From Callorhinchus milii (lineage: Eukaryota): a stretch of DNA of 64,000 nucleotides. Position 1 is the first letter of the stretch; the number at the start of each line of letters is the position of its first letter. Below the pieces are notes generated by a model. The model saw only the letters and a program-made list of their open reading frames with translations, did no database searches and was not told the DNA's origin. The stretch is taken from assembly GCF_018977255.1 (NCBI RefSeq), contig NW_024704760.1, forward strand, positions 3,224,001 through 3,288,000, given 5' to 3'. This document shows, one piece after another, positions 25,491 to 37,169 of the stretch. A program made the position numbers and the translations under genes.

Positions 25491-26666
25491 AGTGTGGAAC
25501 TTTGCTCTCTTTGCTTCAGGTGATTCACTGGAAAGGTAACACTTGAGNNNNNNNNNNNNNNNNNNNNNNNNNNNNNNNNNNNNNNNNNNNNNNNNNNNNN
25601 NNNNNNNNNNNNNNNNNNNNNNNNNNNNNNNNNNNNNNNNNNNNNNNNNNNNNNNNNNNNNNNNNNNNNNNNNNNNNNNNNNNNNNNNNNNNNAATATAT
25701 ACCTTTGCAAGTATTTTTTTTCCCCCTTTTTTTTCTTTATAGGCTTATATGTTGTGTGTCTTATCGTTTGCTGTTGTTCGTCTCACCCTCTGAGTGAAAT
25801 GGACACTTATTTCGTGGAGTTTCCTTCAGGTTATTTCTCTCTCTCTCTCTCTCTCTTGGACAAGTTATGTTGTCTGGTAATATTTCAGCTTAATTCATAA
25901 AGAGAGAGGTTATGTTGACATGGTTTCTTTTTTTTAAAAAAAAGCAATGATTCCTTATGCACTGTCCATCTGAATCTTTCATTTATTCGTGTTATCCATA
26001 GAATCAAAAATATTTATGTTATTTAGGATTATTTTTTTTAAAAAAGATAACAATTCACCCCTCTCGTGGGTTTTCTTACCAAATCGTAGCTTATTTGGTT
26101 CCATCTCCCATTTGTTTTATTCTGTCTGGAAAACATACTTTAGGTTTTTCCTATTTTCTTGGGTGGATTTTTTAAAAAAAATACATCCCCCCCCAAAAAA
26201 AATAAGTCGATGTTTCTATTTAAAACCTTCATTTTAAAATCAATATAGTAGTGGGGGGTTTCGACCCCAACACATTTATTTATCCAAAAGAAAAAAAAAT
26301 AATTTTTTCTAACTTTTTCAAGTAAAACAAAGTGGTGATTGTATTTTTATTTGGGGGGATGGTGTGGTATGAGAGTGGGGGTGTGGAATGTGATATTTTC
26401 TCTTGTTTTTTAACCCAAAAGGTGGGTCTGATTCATGTTTCTTTTTATTGTGTGTGGGGGTGTGGGGAGAGGGTTGTTGCAGTAGATTATTTTTTTGTTC
26501 TTTGTTGTAGTTTGTCCCCCTGTGTGGAGTGCACTCAGTGGTTGGGGAATGTGAATGTTATTGTGAAATGGGGCTGATTGGAATTTCTTTGAGAGGAAGG
26601 GAGGGGGGAAAGTGGCTGCTGTTCAGTTGGTTCAACTTCTCACTCCAACTAAACAGAGAGTTACGT

Positions 26667-26702
<36 letters not shown>

Positions 26703-28183
26703 TGTGTGTGTGAGACCAGGTTAAGAGTCCTGTAGAAAAGAGATCAGAGGGACCAGCAAACGATCTGCCCTCATACAGCCCAACACAACGTACAGCCCAA
26801 CACGTAACACACAGCTCTTCTCTGCAGGAGTGAGTGAGTGTGACAGTGAGTGAGTGAAGGACACACACACACACACAGACACACACACACAGACACACAC
26901 ACACACACTCATCCCTTTGGATGCAGCTATTTCCTGGATACACAAACTGGAGTGCCATCAAAAGGTAAAGAGCGACTGAGAGCCACTTGATCCCCCAAAC
27001 TTGGCTCTCCCACTCTCTCCTTCTCTCCCCCGCGCTCTCTCCTTCTCTCCCCCCCCACCCTCTCCGCCCCTCCATGGGGAAGCTGGTTGTCCCATATCCC
27101 CAGGAAACGTGCGAGTCCTTGTCGTGGGGGAGGGGGAAAAAGGTAACCAGTGAGTTCAGGTGGGCCCACAGGTGTATTCCTGTGTCTGACAGCGTTTACC
27201 TGTGCCGTGAGCCGACAGGAGAGGCGATTTCCTGCTTATTGCAGAGAGTTTGTTTGGTTTTAGTTCACTAAAGTGGATTTATTGCGCTTGTTTGCTTTGC
27301 TGGTGTACGTGCCGGGCCGGGCATTGTTAGTTTAACCAGAGGGATCAGTTAAATTCCACCCCGTAACTTTGCTATAGCTGTAAAACCCGACTCTTAAACC
27401 GTAGTGGATTCCTGGAATAGTAATGATCGTTGCATTTGACACGGCGCCTTATCACGTCTTCGAGACGTCTCAAAGCGCTTCACGAAATGTACTGCGAAAT
27501 GGATTGGCTGTGTGCTTTTGTGAGCGAAACGTCGTCTTTGTGGGCGAAGATGTAATTTCTTCTTAAAGTCTGACTCAGTTGGTAGCCCTTTCACCTCTAA
27601 GTCGGGGGGTTGTGGGTCGAGCCCCACATTGTGACTCTGTTGCTCTCGTCTGACACTCAAATGCCGTGCTGCGTTGTTGGAGGTGCCGTCCTTTGGATGG
27701 GGTCTTAAACCAAGGACCCGTGTACCTGTTCAGGTGGACGTTAAATATTCCACGGGACGAGTCAGAAAGAGAAGGGAGTTTTTGTTTCTGTGTCGAGGCC
27801 AACAATCCTCCAGTTGTTTGTGGGACATTGCTGTATGCAAATTAGCTGCTGCGTTCAGCTACAAAATGCACAGTCACCGCATTTTCTGTAAATCACTCTT
27901 ACTCATCCACCGTTCCTCCCCCTTGCCGCCTCCTTCCCCCATCTTCAGGTCACGCCTGAAGACCTTCCTCTGCGACCGTGCCTACGGTCACCTCCCCCCA
28001 CCCCTGGGCTCTGGGACACTGCCCTGTGTGAGGGGTGCGATATACATACAAGTTGTTGTTTTTCATTATTTCCCCAATAAATCTGTTTTGGGGAGATTTT
28101 CACACTAAGTGGTACACAGCACGGGCAGGTGTTTTTTATTTATTTTTTAGTCGAAATGTTAAAACCACGCGTTCTCGTTTCAG

Positions 28184-31100
28184 ATGTTGCCGGTTCACCC
28201 TCGGAGGGTACGACTCAAACCCTGGTTGGTAGCCCAGGTGGATGCCAGCAGTTTCCCGGGGCTGATTTGGCTCAACCGAGACAACAAGCGCTTCCAAATC
28301 CCTTGGAAACACGCAACCCGTCACAGTCCTCCTCAGGAGGAGGAGAACACTATCTTCAAGGTAAAAACACAAGCTTGAATACGTTAACGTGACGTTAAGG
28401 TAACTGCGGGCTCTAGAATTCCCAAAAGCATCAGTCCGAGTCTGTAATAATTCCTTCAAATAACAATAATGACTTGGTCGCTCAATCCACGACTGTTTGT
28501 GGGACGCTGCTGTGCGCAATTGGCTGCTGCGTTTCGCCCACAAAATACACAGTTCACTTTACAGCATATTCTGTGAAGCGCTTTGAGACATCTCGAAGAC
28601 GTAAAAAACACCATATCAAATGCAAGGATTATTGTTAGTCCCACAGTCCCTTCACCTCCCTCCCTCCCTCGCCTCCTTCAAGACCCTCCTCTTCGACCGT
28701 GCCTTCTGCCACCCTCCTGACTGTCCAACGCCTTGGGACGTCCTCCCGACACGAAAGGCGCTGTGCAAATATAATTTTGTATTGTATTTTACGTCAAGAC
28801 GATTGATTCCGAGTGTCATATCCGCAGGCATGGGCAGTTGAAACGGGAAAGTACCAGGAAGGGATTGATGACCCCGATCCAGCCAAGTGGAAAGCCCAGC
28901 TCCGTTGTGCGCTGAACAAGAGCCGTGAATTCAAGCTCATTTATGATGGAACAAAGGAGGTTCCGATGAATCCTTTGAAGATCTACGACGTGTACGATAT
29001 CCCACAGTCCAGCAGTGGGCACAGCAATCCAGGTTAGGCCTCTGGTCTCAGTTGTATTGGATGCAAAATGTCATGATTATTATAAGATTTTTTTAAAAAA
29101 AATTATATATTTTTATTTTTATATTTGTGTAAAAATATGCATTGTTATATATATATATATATAGTATATATTTATATGATGTTTGCCCACAAAATACAGT
29201 CAATCCACTTTACAGTATGTCCTGTGAAGCGCTTTTGAGACAACATGATAAGGCACTGCATCAAATCCAAGGATTATTAGTATTGTTACTATTATGGCGT
29301 TAGCATCTAGTAATGTTTAGCTAGTTTAGAGTAAACAATCCAACGTGTTTTATATGAGAATGGTAGACTAGAAGCTACCAAAACACAAAACCAACAGTAC
29401 AATACACTGTCGCGATAAGTTTGGAGTTTCAGCTAACGGGACCCAAAAATATCTTGTCGTAAGGATTTCACCTTCACATATCATCACAGCCCAGCAATGG
29501 AGCATCAGTCCAGGCTATGAGCTCAGAATCCAGACATGCGACTTGAACCCATAACCTTTTGACTCGCAGGCAAACTTGCTACCAGCTAAGACACTCGGAA
29601 TAGCTTCAATTAGAAAGAATGTACTTTGCAGTAGAAGTTCCAGTTCAGTTGATTGACGCAGACAAAAGACCCGTGAAGTTTTGATCTCTGAGGGCCCTTC
29701 GTTATTCAGAGTTAAATTCATTTTTAAAATTTATTGATAATTATAATAACAATCTTTGCCTGTAAATCTACAGGATCTGTTCCTTGCGAAGACAATGATA
29801 TAGACATCGACGATGAAGAAGAGGATGACTCGAATTGCTCTCAACCTCAAGTTATGGTGAGTGCAAACTAGATTTCCGCGTTATAATTGAGCATCACCGA
29901 AAGAGAGAAAAATAAACTTAAAATGTTAATTTCACTGCGCCAGTGTTTCAAACCTTGAATCTACGCTGCACCCCCTTTAGGGCAAGTATTTCCTTTCAAG
30001 ATAATTTAGAAGTTAGTTTGCAGGTGCAGCAGCAACTAAGAAGGCGAACGGCATGTTAGCGTTCATTGCAAAAGGTTTAGAGTATAAGAGTAGGGAAGTC
30101 TTGCTGCAACTTTATAGGGCCCTGGTGAGACCGCACCGAGAGTATTGTGTGCAGTTTTGGACTCCTTATTTAAAAAAGGACATACTTGCTCTCGAGGGGG
30201 TGCAGAGTAGATTCACTCGGTTAGTTCCTGGGATGAGGGGACTGACCTATGAGGAGAGGCTGAATAAACTGGGGCTGTATTCTCTATAGAGTACAGAAGA
30301 ATTAGGGGAGATCTTATTGAAACATATAAGATTCTTAAAGGACTGATAAGGTAGACACTGAGGGTCTGTTTCCCCGGTAGGAGAATCTATAACTGGGGGT
30401 CACAGTCTGAAAATTAAGGGTCATAGAGTTGAAGAAACATTTCTTCACTCAGAGGGTAGTGACTTTATGGAATTCACTACCCCAGAAGGCTGTAGATGCT
30501 CAGTCCTTGAACATCTTCAAGGCTGAGACTGATAGATTTTTAAAAAATAGAGGGATTAAGGGATATGGGGATAGGGCAGGTAAATAGAGTTAGGTCTGAA
30601 GATCAGCCATGATCTTATCCAATGGCAGGGCAGGATCGAGGGGCCGAATGGCCGACTCCTGCTCCTAATTCTTATGTTCTTAACCTGACTTACTCTTATT
30701 TCTGAATTCTCTTCCCCTTTCCAACCAGATGCAAGAAAACTTTCCTTTTCTAACCATAAACGGTAAGTGGACATAATGCTCTTGGTGTTATTTAGGTCTG
30801 TGTCCAATTTGGCTTTTATCTATTAAGTAAGTTAAGTGTTAATTATAGTTGTTAATAGTAGGTTGGATTCACCAACAATATACACAGTTTACATTGAATC
30901 CTGTGAAGCACTTATCAAATGCAAGTATCATTAGAAGATCTTTTATTAATTAAATGAGCCGATTTTTTTTTTCTGCCCATGAGGTTAATGCAACTCTGTA
31001 GTCTGATCTTAAGATTTAACCGGGTCGCTCAATCCACGACTGTTTGTGTGGACGATGCTGTGCCCAATTGGATGCTGCGTTTCACCCGCAAAATATACAG

Positions 31101-34100
31101 TCAATTCACTTTACGGTATATTCTGTGAGGCGCTTTGAGACGTCTCGAAAATGTGATAAGGCGCTAATTCAAAGGCAAAGATTATAATAATTAAGATGAA
31201 AATGGGAAAATTGTAGGTGAACGAAACGTCATTTTTTTTACATTATAATTCAAGGTAATGTCTTGTATATTTTATAGTTCCCTAATGGTGATGATTTTCT
31301 CTTGACTATGAAATGTTGATCTCACAGACACCCCAATGCCACCAGTCAATGTGGTCGCGCCCAGTCAGTGGATAAAGCCTGAGCCGGAACAGAATCTCCA
31401 AGTGGAGCAGCATTTTCCAGGAGAGATATTTAGCTCACCAGAAACCTGGATTAGCTCATTACCCAGTAAGTAAAACACATCCACACTCAACTGAACCCCA
31501 CATTGTCCTCCCAACCCAAGGATCTCGCTCACTTTCCCCCCAATAAAGCCAACGCTAGCCCAAAGTCCTGCCATAAAGGTCCATCTTCATTAGAAAGCTA
31601 CCTGACACTATTGTCTAGGCTGGATGGGGGGACAGGGAGGGCAACCTTTTGGCTATTCAGCCTTTTGAGCCTGTTCCGCCATTTAATTAGACCATGGCTG
31701 ATCTGTACCTCAACTAATCCTTTCAATTCCAATTTCGTGTCTGGCATCCCCCAGGGCTCTGTCCTTGTCTCCTCTTTAATATCTACGTGCTCCCCCTTGG
31801 TGACATCATCCGCAGACATGGGGTCAACTTCCATATGTATGCGGATGATACCCAACTCTATCTTTCTGCCTCCACATTCAACTCCATGACCACTGCTGTC
31901 CTGACACTGTCTGTCGGACATCAAGTCCTGGATGTGGGCAAATTTCCTACAGTTGAATGTGAACAAGACTGAGGCCCTCTTGATTGGCTCACGCCAGCAC
32001 CTCAGCACCTCAGGCTCTGGCATCATCAACCTCCATGGTTGCACACTTCAACTCACCAACCCAGTCAGGAACCCGGGTGACTTGTTCAACCCTCAACTGT
32101 CTTCTTCCCCACATCCAAGCCATGACCCTCTCTGCCTTTCCTCACCTCCGTAACATCGCCAAACTCCGCCACTACCTCACCCCTCAGGCCGCTGAAACTC
32201 GTTCATGCCTTCATCACCTCCAGGCTCGACTATGCAAACGCCCTGCTTGTCGGCCTTCCCAACTCCTCCCTCCACAGGCTGCAGATAATTGAGACCATGT
32301 CCTCTCCCGCACCAAACTCTGTGATCCCATCTCCCCCATTCTCGCCCGACTCCATTGGCTCCCTATCCTTCAAAGGATCCAGTTCAAAATCCTGCCCCTC
32401 ACCTACAAAGCCCTCAATGGTCTCTCCCCACCCTATCTCTGTGACCTTCTAACCCCCTATCAACCCACCTACTCCCTCCGCTCAGCCAGCTCCCACCCGC
32501 CCCACAATTGGCGGGAGAGCCTTCAGCCATTCTGCCCCCAACCTCTGGAACTCCATCCCCAAATCACTCCATCTCGCCCCCTCTTTAGCCTCCTTCAAGT
32601 CCCGCCTCCAAACCCTCTTCGGCCATGCCATCAGTCACTCCCCTTCCCCTCCCACACTTGACAGCAAATGCCCGAATGAAGAGCCTAACAAGTTGTTTGG
32701 GCATTACAGGTGCTATGTTCAATGCAAAGATCATTTCATTGTGTTCTTCTACCTCTCGGTTAAATATTAATGGTTAACCTATTGTCAGGGGGATCTTTCA
32801 TGTTCTATTCATGGAGGGATGTGCTCATGAGCTGCAGTTCACGTGTTTGATGTGCAGTTTTAATTGGGAATCTTCTTGGCCTTACCGCAGAGATGCTCTG
32901 GCATGTTTCTCGTTCCAAGTTCCCGAGGCTATAGAACACGGCATATCATTAAAATAACCGTCACATAACCAGAAACCTGTTGGGTTTCAGTCAGTGATAC
33001 AGATACTGTGACGTTAAATCTGTCAGCCAAAGAGATGACAGAAATTTGGCCGAGTTCCATTTTGTGAGTTTTTTTTCCTTCTGATAGACATTTGAGACAC
33101 AAGCCTTTTCCAACCCAAGCACAAACCACAAAGCGCGTCACTTTATTGCACTGGCTGGAGTTAGTGTAGTTCAGTGGAGATGCTAATTGTGCCCTTTTGT
33201 TCATGAGACCCAAAATGAAAATGGACTGGAACTGACAATAAAATGGTAGACTAAGTTAAAAGAGGGTGGCTTGGTTCAGTTGGTAGTGCGCTCGCCTCTG
33301 AGTCAGAAGGTTGTGGGTTCAAGCTCCGTGCGGTGCCTTTGAGCTTTTAGTCTAGTCCTACACTCCAGTATGATGATGGCGATGTACTGCATTGTCGGAG
33401 GTGCCATCATTCGGATGAGACATTAAACCGAGGTCCCTTCTACTTGTTCAGGTGGATGTTAAAGATCCAACAGCACTATTCAAAAAGAGAAGGGAGTTTC
33501 TCCCGGTGTTCTGGCCAACAATCCTCAGATAAAGGTGGTCATTCACTCTAGAGCTGGAGCTGGTTGTCGGTAAAAATCCAGGGATGCTCTTTGAGACGTT
33601 TTGACAACACGATAAGGATCGTCAGATGCAAGGGTTATTATATCACTGAAGAAGTGGAACATTAAATGAAAACACTTACAAAAGAAATAGCTATTCTCAC
33701 TCCACTGGTTATGTAAATGGCTTGAGGGGAATATAATAATAATCCTTGCATTTGATACAGCACCTTATCACGTCTTCAAGACGACTCAAAGCGCTTCACA
33801 GAGTATGCTGTAAAGGGAGTGACTTGTGTATTTTGTGGGCGAAACGCAGCAGCCAATTGCTCACAGCAGCGAGCCACAAATACTAGAAATGATTGAGAAT
33901 GTGGAAAGGAAGGGGCTTTGAATAGTGCAAAGCAGTTGAATTGATGCGGGTAAATAATATTTTCTTTTGTCAGACGTCAGTTAATCTAACAGCGTTTCTT
34001 CTTTCCTGCGCAGTGACGGACCTGGAAATCACGTTCCTCTATCGGGGCAAAGAGGCTGGACAGACGGTGACGGTCAGTAACCCTCAAGGGTGCCGTCTGT

Positions 34101-37100
34101 TTTACGGGGATTTGGGCCCGATGCCAAATCAGGAGGAGCTGTTCGGGCCGGTCAGTCTGGAGCAGGTGAAGTTTCCGGTGACGGAGCACATCTCCAACGA
34201 GAAGCAACGCCTCTTCACAAACCGCCTGCTGGACGTGATGGACCGAGGACTGATCTTGGAGGTCAGCGGGCACGCCATCTATGCCATCCGCCTGTGCCAG
34301 TGTAAGGTGTACTGGTCGGGGCCCTGTGCGGGCGGCACTGCCACCCCGCACCTCATTGAGAGACAGAAGAAAGTCAAGCTGTTCTGTCTGGAAGCATTCT
34401 TAAGTGGTGAGTTCCCCCCACACTTGGCTGAGCCGAAGCGATTTTAAGCCAAAAGAGTTTGTTTACCGGAGTTCTCAGAAAATAATTTGGTTCTTCCAAG
34501 TGTGTCGAGGTCTGAAATTCCATGCAGTCCCAGCAGGCAAGATCATTTGGTCTTGACGTTTCAACGTTGAAGTTCTGTAGTGTATTGGTTAGAGCAGTCG
34601 TCTCGCAAGCGAGAGGACCTGGGTGTGATTCCCGGTCAGGGCGAAACCTTAGGCAAGTTTCCTTACTGCGCAAGCCTCTGTTTACCTAGCAGTGAGTAGG
34701 AATCCGGTCGTTAAGTCTTTTGGCAGAAATAATCCCTTCAAAACTACAAAACTTGGTTGCTGTATCCACGGCTGTTTGCGGGACGCTGCTGTGCGCAATT
34801 GGCTGCTGCGTTTTGTCCACAAAATGTACAGTTAATTCACTTTCCAGTGTATTTTGTGAAGCTCTTTGAGACGTCTCAATGACACGATAAGGCACTATAT
34901 CAAATGCAAGGATGATTATCATTTATTGTTATTATTGTGGAAATTTGTTCAATTCAGTCTTAGGTTGTTCCTGAGTTGGGTTGGTGAAGTTGTTGGATTG
35001 ACAGCTGTCAGTAACCCTTGTTGCAACTGTGTACATGTGGAGGAGGGTCAAGGATAAGAGATAAGATGGTTAAGATAGCCCTTAATGGTTGAATGGTTGG
35101 TCATTCACTTTGTGACTGTCTGGGGGGGGGGGGATGTTGATGTGCACAAATTGGTTCCGCAGTCACCTACGTAATAATAATATTAATAATCCTTGCATTT
35201 GATAATACAGTCATTATATTTCACAGTGAAGAGCTTTGAGACATTCTCCTGATGTGAAAGGCATTGCATCAAATGCAAGGATTATTATTAGTTCGGCGTC
35301 ACTCATGAAGAATGACCCCCAACCTCACCACAAGTGGGCACTGCTGCCACCAAAGGAGTCGTGTTTCAGCCTAAATCGGTTGAGATTTGGATGGAGGAAA
35401 AAAATTGGAAGTAAAACCATAATTGGAAAGAAATTCTTCCTATGTCCCGGTTGTCCTTTAACCCCAATGCCTGATTAGGAGGAGACCGTTTTCATTTGAG
35501 ATGCCTCTGTTGATGTGGCCGTTGTTTCTTCCTCCCTCAACAACAACAACTTGAGTCTATATAACGCCCCTCACGCAGGATAGGGTCCCTGAGCTAGGTA
35601 GGTGAGTTTGGCTCCAAACTAACCTCCCCTCCAAGGGCAAAGGCATTAACTTCTTTCGAGACACTCATATTGACCTGTAGGTAAGTGCCCGTGCTCTCTG
35701 AACATTGCTGACCTCATTAGCCATAATTATCCTTGCAATTTACATAGCACCTTAATATGCCTCCGAGACGTCACAAAGGGCTTCACAGAATATACTGTAA
35801 AGTGAATTGACTGTATATTTTGTGGTATCATTGACGTAGGAAGTCTGGAATCTTCCATTTGTATCTTCGCAATCCGTTAACCTCAAGCTTTAAGGTTTGA
35901 ATAGTAAACCTGTGGAACAGACTCCCGGGAGAGACCGTTGAGGCAGGAAATGTTGATTCTTTCAAAATCAAATTAGTTTTCTTTTAGAAAATAACATTAT
36001 GCGATATAGGACATAGTTTGGACACTATGTGCCTGCGACCGCCAGGAAGGTGGAAGGCGAACTAGATGGACCTTTTGTTTTTTGTCATCTAACATTTCTT
36101 ATGTAATTGCAGAACTGATTGATCATCAAAAAGGACAAGCCATTAAATCACCGCAGTTTGAGATTTCCCTGTGTTTTGGGGAAGAGTGGCCGGACGGTAA
36201 ACCTAAAGAGAGAAAGCTAATCATGGTACAGGTAAGGGTCCTTGAAGTTTGACACGAGTTGATTGAGATTATACTTTTACCGGGAAGTCCTGGGATGATG
36301 AGCTAAAAAAAGGTCCATATATATTGAGTTAATTACTTACCTTTTCCTATTGAGTTCCTAGTTGTTGATAACTGACTTTTACAAATATTGCAGAAAGAAA
36401 TGCTGAGCTAATCCCCGTAATGCTATGTGAGTTAAGTGTGTGAGTGCGTACTTAGAACGAACAGCGTTGTAGCTGCAAGTTACGTCTGCCCTAACTAAGA
36501 GGAATATGTACAAGGTAATTTTTAAAAACTTCCTAAAGTCATGCAAAGGTGTCCACGCTTCAGTATGGCACAAGCTGTAACGTGTAAATAGATCAAAAAC
36601 TTGTCAATCACTTCACGGCTGTTTGTGGGACACTGCTGTGCGCAAAATTGGCTGGCCCGCTCACCTAAGAAGGTCAGTCACTCCACAATAAAATCCTGTG
36701 AAGTCTTTTGAGGTGTATCGATAAGACGCCTTATCATATGCTCTTATCCTACGAATCGTCGATCTCTTACTAAGGAAAACTGGATTTGCTGGACGTGTGG
36801 CTGGAATAGACTACTTGTAACTCTACTTGTGGTTTGAAATGAGGTTCAGCTGGGGTGATGCATAGCGAGCGGCAATCGCTTGAGCTCACTTAGCCAATAA
36901 ATCCAGCATTTTCACTTGGAATGTTTCCCGTTTTCTCTCAGATCGTGCCCATCGTAGCGCGGATGATCTACGAGATGTTTAGCGGCGAATTTTCACGTTC
37001 GTTTGACAGCGGCAGCATCAGGCTACAGATCTCCACTCCGGACGTCAAGGATAATATTGTGACTCACCTGAAGCAACTCTTCCATCTCCTACAAACAAAC

Positions 37101-37169
37101 CAAGGGCACCAACCGTGGCAAATTCCAGCTCAGAATATTCACATGGCACAGGCACTTCAAGCTCAGTAA
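28184..37169 (+). CDS. IRF6: Interferon regulatory factor 6, 8 coding exons, 458 aa
   Basis: Exons 28184-28360, 28828-29032, 29774-29856, 30729-30762, 31328-31465, 34014-34406, 36113-36231, 36942-37169; 1377 nt in frame. Trp-cluster DNA-binding domain ([13 protein letters not shown]...[11 protein letters not shown]...[16 protein letters not shown]), IAD/SMIR domain (TDLEI...[11 protein letters not shown]...RLCQCKVYW), C-terminal [15 protein letters not shown]. Confidence 0.97.
30010..30680 (+). mobile_element. CR1-type LINE 3' fragment in an IRF6 intron
   Basis: ORF 30053-30289 ([36 protein letters not shown]...) is typical CR1 ORF2 C-terminus. It is frameshifted and ends in ggccgaatggccgactcctgctcctaattcttatgttct. 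Confidence 0.9.
31737..32720 (+). mobile_element. L2-type LINE fragment (RT C-terminal part), frameshifted
   Basis: [33 protein letters not shown] (YADD catalytic motif) and [11 protein letters not shown] lie in different frames. Confidence 0.9.
33265..33640 (+). mobile_element. tRNA-headed DeuSINE (SacSINE1-like)
   Basis: A-box/B-box head (TGGTTCAGTTGGTAG...GGGTTCAAGCTCC) followed by GGATGAGACATTAAACCGAGGTCCC...CAGGTGGATGTTAAAGATCC core. Confidence 0.75.
35890..36104 (+). mobile_element. CR1-like LINE 3' end abutting IRF6 exon 8
   Basis: ctgtggaacagactccc...gaactagatggaccttttg...ttcttatgt. Related copies at 5860-5965, 50500-50556(-) and 60845-60903. Confidence 0.7.

Noticed and set aside
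25520-25535. 16-nt micro-exon (cag|gtgattcactggaaag|gtaac) near the IRF6 5' end
   Set aside because: The intron from the 25488 donor would be only 32 nt, and the adjacent gap prevents resolution.
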